This document shows, piece by piece, positions 45,203 through 54,352 of a stretch of DNA of 64,000 bases. Each line of letters starts with the position of its first letter. Within the stretch, counting starts at the first letter, position 1. The position numbers were made by a program, and so were the translations under genes. This stretch comes from Parcubacteria group bacterium (lineage in GTDB: Bacteria > Patescibacteriota > Minisyncoccia > UBA6257 > Colwellbacteraceae): NCBI GenBank assembly GCA_041649615.1, contig JBAZMT010000003.1, positions 1,297 to 65,296 on the forward strand, in the 5' to 3' direction. The notes under the pieces are model-generated. The model was not told the origin of the DNA. It saw nothing but the letters and a program-made list of their open reading frames with translations, and searched no databases.

Positions 45203-46591
45203 ATGGCATCAAGATCACTTGCGATGGATCAGTTTTTGGGGCACTCGACGAAGAGCGGTGGAACGGGTCAGTTCCTTCGTGGATGGCGAAAGCGCAATCC
45301 TCCCGCGGTTCAGATCGTACTCCACAAGCACGCTCCCATCGTGGCGCTCTGGCAACATGGCATCCCTCGCATCTTCGAAAAGAAGGACGAGAAAACTGGC
45401 GAGGTGACTCGCGTTACGTTCGGCGGGAACTTCAACTGTCTCGAAGACGAATCGGTGTTGGTGAAGCAATACCGTCGCGATCGAGATACCGGGGAGCGCG
45501 TGCTTCCACCGGTAGTTTGCCCCGTCTGTCGACTGCTCGAAGCGTTACGAATGCTCTACGCTGATGGGCAGATTGGTTTCGCTGACGACGTGTTCCGATG
45601 GGACGGTGACGACCCGAACGACGTCCAAGTGTTGACGCTCGGCGGTATGCTCAATCTGTACGGAAACAACAGACTGAGCGACGAAGAGAAGGAAGCCATG
45701 TCGGACGCGGGCATCAAGCTCAGCGAGGCATGGAAAGAGAACACTTGGTCGAAGTGCAACTACCTTTTCACCGTTGTCGATTCCGATGAACCTGAAGCCG
45801 GTGTTCAGATTGCAATCGAAACGACGGGGCTCGGCGACGCGACGAAGGAGTGCATCCATAGTCAGATCGTTTCAGAAGGCGAAGAGCGCGGTAACCCAAT
45901 CGTGACACCCTACGTGATTCGGTGGGAGCACCATCCGAACGCGAAGGAGTTCAACAAGAAGTACAAGGCCTATCCGGTTCGAAAGATCGCCATCACTCCG
46001 CAGGTGATGGAGCTCATTGACAGCGATCCACCAGACATCGACAACCTGATTCGGGGCGGCAACGTCACGAAACTGCGAGCCGAGCTGGAGGCCCGTTGCG
46101 TGCTCAAGGACCCGAGCATCATCCCGTGGGATGACGTCTTCGGGCCAGCGGAAGCCGCGGGCTACGGTGACAAGGAAGAGGAGCCCGAGCCCGATGCAGA
46201 GCCGGAAGACGCGCCTCCGCCTGTCGTTCGTAAGAAGGCCGAGCCTGCCCCTGCCAAGGCTGAGAGCAAGGCCCCACCGGCGAAGGCCGAGCCTGCCCCT
46301 GCCCCGGCTGCATCTGGGCGCAAGCGTAAGGAAACGAAGCCCGAGCCGGAGCCAGAGCCTGAACCACCGGCAAGCGAAGAGACGATTCCGTGTGATGAGT
46401 GCGGAGCGCCAATGTCGCCGACGGCTACGAAGTGTGAGAAGTGTGGTGCCGAGTACGAAGTCGAGCCAGACGAGCCAGCTGAGCCCGCCAAGGCAGAACC
46501 ACCGGCGAAGCCTGCCAAGCCAGCGAAGGCGGAAACCAAGCCCGCGGCCGCTGCTCCTGCAACAACTGGGAAGAAGAAGCTTCCTTTCTGA
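45203..46591 (+). CDS. hypothetical protein with acidic/PA-rich linker and C-terminal Zn-ribbon (possible ssDNA-binding / recombination mediator)
   Basis: 462 aa; CPVC in the N-terminal domain, CDECGAPM...CEKCG at the C-terminus; sits beside the RecA-like gene. The functional guess is inference only. Confidence 0.5.
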   Translation: MASRSLAMDQFLGHSTKSGGTGQFLRGWRKRNPPAVQIVLHKHAPIVALWQHGIPRIFEKKDEKTGEVTRVTFGGNFNCLEDESVLVKQYRRDRDTGERVLPPVVCPVCRLLEALRMLYADGQIGFADDVFRWDGDDPNDVQVLTLGGMLNLYGNNRLSDEEKEAMSDAGIKLSEAWKENTWSKCNYLFTVVDSDEPEAGVQIAIETTGLGDATKECIHSQIVSEGEERGNPIVTPYVIRWEHHPNAKEFNKKYKAYPVRKIAITPQVMELIDSDPPDIDNLIRGGNVTKLRAELEARCVLKDPSIIPWDDVFGPAEAAGYGDKEEEPEPDAEPEDAPPPVVRKKAEPAPAKAESKAPPAKAEPAPAPAASGRKRKETKPEPEPEPEPPASEETIPCDECGAPMSPTATKCEKCGAEYEVEPDEPAEPAKAEPPAKPAKPAKAETKPAAAAPATTGKKKLPF

Positions 46592-46634
46592 ACTGACTGA
46601 TTGATCGTGCTAGGTATTGGGAACCACCCGAGCG

Positions 46635-46658
46635 GGAACCTCGGGTGGTCCCAGCGTT
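46635..46658 (+). terminator. hairpin CCACCCGAG cgggaacc CTCGGGTGG between 45203-46591 and the RecA-like gene
   Basis: 9-bp perfect stem; there is no clear T-tract, so this may be an attenuator or processing site rather than a terminator. Confidence 0.3.
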
Positions 46659-46668
46659 GGAGGATCGA

Positions 46669-47856
46669 ATGGCAAGGAAGACGAAGAAGAAGGTTGCGCC
46701 GAAGGCAGAAGAGAAGAAGCCGGAGAAGGTGATTGCTCAAGCGGTATCGGGCACGGTCGATCGCTTGAACTCGCTCTACCAAGTATCGAAGCGGGTGAAG
46801 GGCTTCAGGCCAGCGATGGAAGTGCTGACGAAGGTTCGAGCGCATCCAACGATCTTCCCGCTCTACGACAGGGCGACAGGTGTTGGCGGACACCCGATTG
46901 AACGTATCGCGATGATTCATGGGCCGTCAAACCACGGCAAGACGGCGTTCGTTCACGGGCTAGGGTTGTCGTTCCTCCGCGCTGGCAACTTCTACGCGTA
47001 TATCGACGCAGAGTTCACGTCGCCAGAAGACTGGCTTCGAACGTTGATGCGGCAGTATGCCGATCATCCAGGGTTCCTTGCGAAGCGCCCCAAGAGCTAC
47101 GAAGACACCGTGGACAGCGTGCGTGACTTCGTGAACACGATTGCCGAAGCTCGAGTGAAGGGCGAGATTGAATCGGATACGACGGCGCTCGTCGTGGTCG
47201 ATAGCATTCGAAAGCTCGTGCCTGAAGGACTGCTCAAGAAGCTTCTAAAGGGTGATGGTGGGCTTGATGGTGCTTCGGGGCGTGGAGCCATGATGAAGGC
47301 TGCCCTGAACGCGCAATGGCTCGATGAGCTCGTGCCGTTGCTCTATCACACGAAGACGGCTCTCGTGTTCATTGCTCGCGAGTACGACACGACGCCTGAT
47401 GCCTACAAGAGCGTTGAGCCAGGCGAGGGCAAAGATTACAAGGTCGGGGGCGGCAAGGGTTTGATCTTCGAGAGCAGTGTTGTCGGCCGCGTCACTCGGA
47501 CTTGGGTGAAGGATGGAACTGGCGAGACTGCCCGGGTTGTCGGTGAACGGCATTGCGTCGAGATCACCAAGACCAAGGTGAGCGGCAAGCAACACAAGGT
47601 CGAACGCGGTTACTTCCACACGAGCAACGGGTTGCTCGTTCCAGCGGGCTTCGACAGAGCCAGAGACGTGCTCGAACTCGCGCTGGATGCAGGTGTTGTT
47701 CAGCAGAGCGGTTCGTGGTTCTCGTTTGATGGCGAGCGTATTGGCAACGGGACGTCGGCGGCAGTAAAGGCTTTGACGTCGAACGAAGCATTGCTCGACA
47801 CGATTGAAGGAGAAGCACGTGGAAGCGAAGCACCCGAAGCACCGGACGACGAGTGA
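46669..47856 (+). CDS. RecA-family recombinase (RecA/UvsX/Sak4-like)
   Basis: Walker A IHGPSNHGKTAF, Walker B VVVDSI. GGAGG RBS 6 nt upstream of the ATG at 46669. Confidence 0.7.
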   Translation: MARKTKKKVAPKAEEKKPEKVIAQAVSGTVDRLNSLYQVSKRVKGFRPAMEVLTKVRAHPTIFPLYDRATGVGGHPIERIAMIHGPSNHGKTAFVHGLGLSFLRAGNFYAYIDAEFTSPEDWLRTLMRQYADHPGFLAKRPKSYEDTVDSVRDFVNTIAEARVKGEIESDTTALVVVDSIRKLVPEGLLKKLLKGDGGLDGASGRGAMMKAALNAQWLDELVPLLYHTKTALVFIAREYDTTPDAYKSVEPGEGKDYKVGGGKGLIFESSVVGRVTRTWVKDGTGETARVVGERHCVEITKTKVSGKQHKVERGYFHTSNGLLVPAGFDRARDVLELALDAGVVQQSGSWFSFDGERIGNGTSAAVKALTSNEALLDTIEGEARGSEAPEAPDDE

Positions 47857-48184
47857 GTGGATTCGAACGCATCTAGAGTTCATTGCCGGCATGGCGTCAG
47901 TCTTGTCGAAGGCTGAGATCGACAAGCATGTAGAAGAGCGGTTGTCCAGAGCGTTTGGGTTGATCCGAGCTCGTGTTGGGATGGGTCTCATTCGGTATGA
48001 GAGCAACCGTGGGAGATCTCCGTGTTACTTCGAATGGCTTCAGGCTTCGCTCAAGAGGTACGAAGAAACGAAGAACCTCGATGCGTTGCTCGATGTCGCG
48101 TTCTACGCGATAGCCGAGTTCGAGAACCCGTCCCGTGAAGGTACATACTACGATCCAATTCGAGAAGTTCGGAACGAGAGATAG
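47804..48184 (+). CDS. hypothetical protein
   Basis: ORF overlaps the RecA 3' end; an alternative ATG lies near 47891. Confidence 0.35.
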   Translation: MKEKHVEAKHPKHRTTSEWIRTHLEFIAGMASVLSKAEIDKHVEERLSRAFGLIRARVGMGLIRYESNRGRSPCYFEWLQASLKRYEETKNLDALLDVAFYAIAEFENPSREGTYYDPIREVRNER

Positions 48185-48188
48185 CGGT

Positions 48189-48632
48189 ATGGCACATCAA
48201 GATTTCCATCGTGGTCACGTCAAAGCCGTTGGGGTTTGCCCTCTCTGTGGTGAGATCATCACGCGGACGTACCAAGTCGATATGGAGACGGGTAATGAAC
48301 TGGTCTACGGTATCGGCGGCGTCAGGGGAGTCACGCAAAGGCACGCTCCGACTATTCGAGTCAAGTGGATGTGTGCGGGCGGTTGTGACATCGAAGTCAA
48401 GGGAGCCTATCCAGCCGGGCGTGAGCTTGACTTCTTTGGTTCTAGCGATGAACCGAAAGCGCCAGAACCTGAACCTCTCACCGGTGAGAGCTTGCGCGAG
48501 CTTTCACCAATGGCTGAGCGAGCAAAGCATGCCTTAGATGAACTCGGGGAAGGAATTGACCATGGTACTAAGGGTGAAAGACGGAACGACGTTGAGCCCG
48601 GGCGACCTAGTGGCTCTGAACGAGAACGGTGA
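48189..48632 (+). CDS. hypothetical Cys-containing protein
   Basis: CPLCGE...CAGGC; the 3' end overlaps the next gene. Confidence 0.35.
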   Translation: MAHQDFHRGHVKAVGVCPLCGEIITRTYQVDMETGNELVYGIGGVRGVTQRHAPTIRVKWMCAGGCDIEVKGAYPAGRELDFFGSSDEPKAPEPEPLTGESLRELSPMAERAKHALDELGEGIDHGTKGERRNDVEPGRPSGSERER

Positions 48633-49590
48633 AATCATCAAGGCCGGCAAGGTCTATGACCCCGTTGGGGTCGTGATGATGGATGCACGGCTCGGGCACC
48701 CGGTTGTCAGAACAATCACCAAAGATGGTTACACGGGTGAAGCCATCGAAGTCCAGAATCTCGTAGCGGCTTCGTGGAACCCGCGGAAGGATCCTGACCC
48801 GATTGCCGATATCAAGCGGGCAGTGATGGGGTCTTCGAACGCACCTAAGGAACGATCTACCTTGATAGAAGAGATGATGCGGTTCGTTCGGACTGACCCG
48901 CACTTGCCGGCGATAGTTCGAGACAGGCTAGATCGAAGGCAAGCTGAGCAAGAAGCGCAAGCCGCAATGATTCAAACTCAGGCTCAGATCTTAGGCACGG
49001 CCATGAACAGCGCGCTCGCTGGACAGCTCGCAGAGATTCATCTTGGTGGTCACAAGCTACCAACGTTCGAGATTCGAATGCCTGATCCTCCACCGTTGCC
49101 GATGCCGGGAATACCGAGCTTGCCAACGTACAAGACTCCAATGGACGACAATTCTCAATCGGTCAAGATCGTGTTCGACAAGGATGGCAAGCGACCGTTC
49201 TGGGTTGGGTTGCTTCTTCAGGACGGGCGTGAAGTTCAGGCCCCCGAATACGACAGGCAGATTGTCGAGATCGATATGCGTGGTTCATCGGTCAGCACGA
49301 AGTTCCCAACCGCTGCTCGCGATTGGGGTGTCGTTACTCATGTCGCATTGTACGACTCGCCAGATGCATCGACACCGATGCTCACGTTCCCGACCAACGT
49401 TGCAACCAACGTGACGGCGGGATCGGTGTTGAACTTGGCTGACGTTCGAATCAACACGATGCCTGTCGGCTTGGCACCAGAGAAACGACTTCATCTTGGG
49501 CCGCCCAAGGTTGCTGAGGACGAACGAGAGCCGTTGAAGCAGAAGATGGAAGAAGCGCGAGCGCGCTTGAAGGGCATCCTTGGATCATGA
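48562..49590 (+). CDS. hypothetical protein
   Basis: GGAAGG RBS upstream of the ATG at 48562; ~343 aa; protein-like composition throughout. Confidence 0.5.
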   Translation: MVLRVKDGTTLSPGDLVALNENGEIIKAGKVYDPVGVVMMDARLGHPVVRTITKDGYTGEAIEVQNLVAASWNPRKDPDPIADIKRAVMGSSNAPKERSTLIEEMMRFVRTDPHLPAIVRDRLDRRQAEQEAQAAMIQTQAQILGTAMNSALAGQLAEIHLGGHKLPTFEIRMPDPPPLPMPGIPSLPTYKTPMDDNSQSVKIVFDKDGKRPFWVGLLLQDGREVQAPEYDRQIVEIDMRGSSVSTKFPTAARDWGVVTHVALYDSPDASTPMLTFPTNVATNVTAGSVLNLADVRINTMPVGLAPEKRLHLGPPKVAEDEREPLKQKMEEARARLKGILGS

Positions 49591-50309
49591 AGATCGTAGT
49601 CACAAGCGATTGGCATCTCGACGCGATGACGGACGGGGTGCAACGTGCTGAAGAGATCAATCGCCTCGTTGACCATAGCGTCAAGGTGGCCATCGAAGAA
49701 GGAGCAGCGCTCTACGTCTTCGTTGGAGATCTGTGCAACCCTGACGGGTGGAACGCAATTCGCGCGATGGCGAAGCCAATCGAAGTCGCGTTGAAACTCA
49801 ACGACTACGACATCAATAGTGTCTGGGTCGCAGGCAACCATGACGTCTCCGAAGATGGATTGGGTACGACGACGCTCACGCCGTTAGCGGCCGCTGATGT
49901 TGCCGCGCAAGTGTTCGAGCAACCTGGCGAGTTCATCTTCAACGGCAAGAAGATGGATCTTCACATCGTCGGGCTTCCGTTCACGCCTGCCTCTCACAAG
50001 TACGATCCCGAAGCCACAGTGAAGAAGATGAGCAAGCCGAAGCTCGGCATGCCGACGCTCGTGCTTGGGCACTTGAACTTGAAGGGCATCGCGGCTGGAA
50101 GCGAAACGAAGGAGCTTGCTCGAGGACGCGAAGTCTATTGGCCTGTCGATGTCATCAAGAAGAAGTGGCCCGGTTGCGTGATGGTCGGTGGTCACTACCA
50201 CTACGCCCAAGAGTTCGAAGGCATCCACATTGTCGGAAGCCTTGCTCGTCTTCGTCACGACGAAGAAGACCACAATCCGAGCATCATGATCTTGGACTTG
50301 GAGGCGTAA
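49587..50309 (+). CDS. sbcD: SbcD/Mre11-like metallophosphoesterase nuclease
   Basis: Phosphoesterase motifs DWHL, GDLCNP, GNHD; upstream of the SbcC-like ATPase. Confidence 0.7.
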   Translation: MKIVVTSDWHLDAMTDGVQRAEEINRLVDHSVKVAIEEGAALYVFVGDLCNPDGWNAIRAMAKPIEVALKLNDYDINSVWVAGNHDVSEDGLGTTTLTPLAAADVAAQVFEQPGEFIFNGKKMDLHIVGLPFTPASHKYDPEATVKKMSKPKLGMPTLVLGHLNLKGIAAGSETKELARGREVYWPVDVIKKKWPGCVMVGGHYHYAQEFEGIHIVGSLARLRHDEEDHNPSIMILDLEA

Positions 50310-50310
50310 C

Positions 50311-50688
50311 ATGCCGATCAAAGTAATACGCAAGGTCATCCCGAGCTCGAAGCTTGCGACAGTTGACGAGCACGTTGATCCGATGATGTTCACCGGTCAG
50401 TTCGTCCGGGTATTGCCAACGTCCAGCGCAACCGATGTTCAGCTGAAGACGTTCAAGGGTGAGCTCGAACGAGCAGGGGTTGCAGCCGTTCGAATGATGC
50501 CTCGGCCGCAAGGGAACAAGGTGCAACTCGGTGGGGCAGCCCAGACGGTGAAGTTGCTGATGGGGCCAGACGATTCGATTCCACCGGTTCGAGAACTCGT
50601 TTCGTCGCTCGTTACGTCGAGCACGAGCGCACGCAAAGCAGAACTCGAAGAGCTCCTGATGAAGCTCGCAGACGAAGAGGGGTTGTGA
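50311..50688 (+). CDS. hypothetical protein
   Basis: 125-aa ORF between sbcD and sbcC. Confidence 0.45.
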   Translation: MPIKVIRKVIPSSKLATVDEHVDPMMFTGQFVRVLPTSSATDVQLKTFKGELERAGVAAVRMMPRPQGNKVQLGGAAQTVKLLMGPDDSIPPVRELVSSLVTSSTSARKAELEELLMKLADEEGL

Positions 50689-52670
50689 TGGATCTCTACC
50701 CTGTCGAACTGAAACTGAAGAACCTCTATTGCTTCAAGGGTGAGCAATCGGTCGCGCTGGAACCAACCGTCTACGCGGTGATTGCTCAGGCCGATGACAA
50801 CCCAGAGAGAAGCAACTGGCTCGGCAAGAGTACGTTCCTTCTCTCGTTCGCCTATGCGTTGTTCGGTTGGCATACGAAGCGAACCGACAACGAGATCATC
50901 ACGACGGGGCAAGACGAATGCTCCGTTGCCTTGCGATTGAACGATGGGACCATCATCGAGCGGTCGAAGGCGAACGGTAAGAGCGAGCAACTCAAGTTCG
51001 TTGCACCTGGCAAGAAGCCGATCACGCAAGCTCAGGCGCAGAAGGCCATCGAGCAACACATCGGTCTCAACAAGGACAACTTCTTCGCGATGCACTTCTT
51101 CGAGCAGAAGCGCATCGGCGCTCTCGTAACGGCAAAGGGTGCCGAGCGGGTGAACATCATTGAAGGGTGGCTCGCCGAAGAGCTTGACCCAATCATGCGG
51201 TTGAACGACGCAGCCGTTCGAGCCCACAAGAAAGCGTCGTTGGAGCTTGCAGACTTGGAGCGTGAACGTGCTGAGCTGAAGGAGGATTGGCGCAAGCTCG
51301 TCATCGACTTGATTGGTACTGAAGACGCAACGGTCGACGTGAAGGCTACGATCGAAGACATGCTCGAGAAGGCCAAGGCCGAGCATGAAGCGAAGAAGCA
51401 AGAGCTAGTCGCCGCTCGCAAGGTAGCAACCGAAGAGGAGATTCAGAAGCGACTCTTGGCAGAGAAGCTCGAGAAGGCTGCCGAGTACGACGCAATCGTT
51501 GCAAGCGGATTGGAAGTTCGAAAGGCGTTCGATCTGATTCCAGCGACGGCTCAGAAGGAGTACGAGGACGCCCAAGCAAGCGCCACATCGGCGAAGACGG
51601 CGTTGGAAAAGTGCGGTGAGAAGCTCAAGATCCTTCAACATGGCTTCTACGTCTTTGATGGGCAATGTCCCATCACTTGCACGGCTTGCCCTTCGAAGTC
51701 GTGGGTCGATAGTAGGGCAACGAGCAAGGAAGTGCTTGATGCTGCGAAGCAAGAACTGGAGAAGGCCAGAACGTCCCACGTCGAGCTGACCAGGACGGCG
51801 ACAGCGAAGAGGGACACCGCACGGGAACGGGCCGCGCTGGAAACCAAGCTGACGGCGCTCCGGGCCAAGGCCGAGCAACTGGCAGACGTCGCTGAAGAGA
51901 TGGAGGGCAAGGAGGAGGAAGCTAAGAAGCCGAGCAAGGCGAACGAACACGTCGCAGCGTTGGAGACTGCCTTGGAGCGGCTCGCCGACAAGGTTCGGCA
52001 ACTCACAGAGGACAAGGCTTGGGCGACCAAGGCTATTGGCAGAGTCTGGGAACTGGAAACCCACATCCATCACGCCAAGGAGAAGCGGGCCCTCATCGTG
52101 GAGGCCGTGCAACTGACGGGGCGAACCGGTGCTCAGCAGGCCATTCAAGAGATCGTGATGACCAAGATAGAAGCCAAAGCCAACGAGCTACTGACGAACG
52201 CCGGCATCCCGCTTCAGATCGACGTCAAATGGGAGCAGGAGACCAGCGGGCTCGCCAAGGTCTGCCCAACGTGCGGCACGGCCTTCCCTACGAGTCAGCG
52301 CGCCAAGGCCTGCGAATCGTGTGGGGCTATTCGGGGGCCCAACATCCAGAGCAAGCTACTCATCGAGCCGACGAACCGTAGCGGAGCGGCTGAGGACCTT
52401 GCGGGTGTTGCCCTCGGCGTTGCTGCGAGCCGTTGGTTGCGCGCTCAGCGCGGGTCAAAGTGGTCGGCGGTCTTCATTGACGAACCGTTCGGCGCTCTCG
52501 ACCCGCACAACCGAACGGCGCTGAGCAGCCATATCGCGTCGATGCTCCGCAACGAGTTCCGCATGGCGTTCGTCGTGGCGCACGAACGGTCTGTGCTGAT
52601 GGCAATGCCTGCTCAACTCAAGATCGGCGCTGGACCAAGCGGTTCGCGCATTGAAGGGACGGTGACGTGA
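50685..52670 (+). CDS. sbcC: SbcC/Rad50-like SMC ATPase
   Basis: N-terminal Walker A NWLGKSTFLL; long coiled coil with a CPITCTACP zinc-hook; C-terminal VFIDEPFGALD D-loop/Walker B. Confidence 0.75.
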   Translation: MMDLYPVELKLKNLYCFKGEQSVALEPTVYAVIAQADDNPERSNWLGKSTFLLSFAYALFGWHTKRTDNEIITTGQDECSVALRLNDGTIIERSKANGKSEQLKFVAPGKKPITQAQAQKAIEQHIGLNKDNFFAMHFFEQKRIGALVTAKGAERVNIIEGWLAEELDPIMRLNDAAVRAHKKASLELADLERERAELKEDWRKLVIDLIGTEDATVDVKATIEDMLEKAKAEHEAKKQELVAARKVATEEEIQKRLLAEKLEKAAEYDAIVASGLEVRKAFDLIPATAQKEYEDAQASATSAKTALEKCGEKLKILQHGFYVFDGQCPITCTACPSKSWVDSRATSKEVLDAAKQELEKARTSHVELTRTATAKRDTARERAALETKLTALRAKAEQLADVAEEMEGKEEEAKKPSKANEHVAALETALERLADKVRQLTEDKAWATKAIGRVWELETHIHHAKEKRALIVEAVQLTGRTGAQQAIQEIVMTKIEAKANELLTNAGIPLQIDVKWEQETSGLAKVCPTCGTAFPTSQRAKACESCGAIRGPNIQSKLLIEPTNRSGAAEDLAGVALGVAASRWLRAQRGSKWSAVFIDEPFGALDPHNRTALSSHIASMLRNEFRMAFVVAHERSVLMAMPAQLKIGAGPSGSRIEGTVT

Positions 52671-53422
52671 TGCCTGAGAAGTACGTCGTAAGGAATATCG
52701 AAGACTCGCTCATCAGCGAAGGTGCAATGGTTGGAACGCGGGCCATCCGTGTCGTCTTCGGTGGATGCAATTACTGGGATGGAACTCCTGAAGGAAGGCA
52801 GAAGGGGCTCGGCGCTTGTTCGAAGTGGTGCGACGAAGACTTTGGTTCGTCGTGTTCGAAGGGGATGACGGCTGACGAAATTGCTTCGAAGGTCGAATCG
52901 CTTCTTGAGGACAAGCCGAACCAATGGGTTCTTCTAACGGGTGGTGAGCCATTGATGTTCGTCGACGAGGCTCTCGTCGATACCTTGGCTGACTACGGTT
53001 TCAAGATCTATCTCGAGACGAATTGCTCGATTCCGGCTGAGGATAGGACCGTGCTCAAGCGGATCGACTACATCAGCGCAAGACCGAAGCTCGAGTACGA
53101 CAAGAAGACTGGCAAGCTTCAGGTCCCGATGTTGGGGGTTGTGACCGCCAACGAGCTAGTCATTGCGCTACCTGGCTCGATTGATGGTAAAGGTTGGAGT
53201 GATGAACAACTGCACGAGATTGAAATGGACGGCGATTGGGACGATCTCTACGTCGTTCCGATGGACCCTACAGATAAGCGAACGGTCTTAGTGACCCATC
53301 TTCGCGGGGGATACGAGCGGCCAGAAGAGCTCGATGCAGCGGTCAAGCGTTGCCTCGAATGGGTTCGTGAGCATCCGAAGTGGAAGATCGGCGTGCAATT
53401 GAACAAGGTTCTCAACCTCTGA
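52667..53422 (+). CDS. queE: QueE-like radical-SAM enzyme (7-carboxy-7-deazaguanine synthase family) with variant Cys motif
   Basis: SEGAMVGTRAIRVVFGGC..., VLLTGGEPLM and YLETNC blocks parallel the QueE SxQGEG / GC / TGGEP / ETNG signatures. Cys spacing is C-x17-C-x3-C. NrdG-like activases are an alternative assignment. Confidence 0.45.
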   Translation: MMPEKYVVRNIEDSLISEGAMVGTRAIRVVFGGCNYWDGTPEGRQKGLGACSKWCDEDFGSSCSKGMTADEIASKVESLLEDKPNQWVLLTGGEPLMFVDEALVDTLADYGFKIYLETNCSIPAEDRTVLKRIDYISARPKLEYDKKTGKLQVPMLGVVTANELVIALPGSIDGKGWSDEQLHEIEMDGDWDDLYVVPMDPTDKRTVLVTHLRGGYERPEELDAAVKRCLEWVREHPKWKIGVQLNKVLNL

Positions 53423-53431
53423 AAGAACACC

Positions 53432-54352
53432 ATGGCCAGAAAGACCAAGACAGCAAACCCGGCAACGCCCAAGGCAGAGTTCCATAAGATCCACGAGCAA
53501 CTACTTGGGATGAAGATTCCAATTGGGATGCTCGTATTGGACCCGGAGAACGCACGGGATCACAACGAGCAGAACATCGACTCGATCAAGACATCGCTCG
53601 ATGAGTTCGGTCAGCGCAAGTGCATCGTCGTCAAGAAGAGCGACATGACCATCACTGCCGGCAACGGTACGGTGACGGCTGCGAAGCAACTTGGATGGAC
53701 GCACATCGCGGCTCTCATCACCGACGATGACGAGGTAACCGCGGCCGCGTATGCACTCGCCGACAATCGAACCGGTGAGCTCGCGACGTGGAACTACGAT
53801 CGCCTCGTCAAAACGATGTCGAGCTTGCACAAGAACGGGTTCGAGCTCTTGAAGCTAGGTTGGGACGACACCGAGACGCGCATGATGATGCAGCTCGACT
53901 CGTCGGCGTTCAAGGACATGCAACGGCTCAACGTCGATGCGACGCTGAGCAATAGCGTTGTTCGAGAACTCGGTGAGGGGAAGGATTCGAATTGCGACAA
54001 GAACGAGCAGTGGTTCTACTGTGAGTTCTACAAGGACGAAGAGACCTTCAAGCGCCTCAGCGACAAGCTCCGACCGTATCTGCGCACGGAGCACGAGATC
54101 TCGGGCGAGTTCTTCGCACAGATGGTTGATGCGTTCATCGCAGACCATGCGTCTGACTTGCCTCCACCCGTTGCGAATCCCGAACCAGAACCGAAGCCTG
54201 AGCCCAAAGCTAAGGCCGACCCCGCGCTGGACCAGAAGGTGAAGCCGAAGAAGCCAAGCAACGTCGAGAAGAGCGTGAGCGAGCCGGTGAAGACGAAGCG
54301 TAAGTGCACGAAGAAAGGTTGCAAGGACAAGGGTAAGGAGAAGGCTCGATGA
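53432..54352 (+). CDS. ParB-like nuclease-domain protein (DpdB-like?)
   Basis: ParB N-terminal domain pattern LVLDPENARDHNE...IVVKKSDMTITAGNGTVTAAKQLGW; basic, Cys-containing C-terminus. Confidence 0.6.
   Translation: MARKTKTANPATPKAEFHKIHEQLLGMKIPIGMLVLDPENARDHNEQNIDSIKTSLDEFGQRKCIVVKKSDMTITAGNGTVTAAKQLGWTHIAALITDDDEVTAAAYALADNRTGELATWNYDRLVKTMSSLHKNGFELLKLGWDDTETRMMMQLDSSAFKDMQRLNVDATLSNSVVRELGEGKDSNCDKNEQWFYCEFYKDEETFKRLSDKLRPYLRTEHEISGEFFAQMVDAFIADHASDLPPPVANPEPEPKPEPKAKADPALDQKVKPKKPSNVEKSVSEPVKTKRKCTKKGCKDKGKEKAR

Noticed and set aside
52667-53422. Alternative call of anaerobic ribonucleotide reductase activase (NrdG) for the QueE-like ORF
   Set aside because: No class III RNR (NrdD) is visible in the window, and the long insertion between the first and second Cys plus the ETN block fit QueE better. 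Not fully excluded; noted in the findings.
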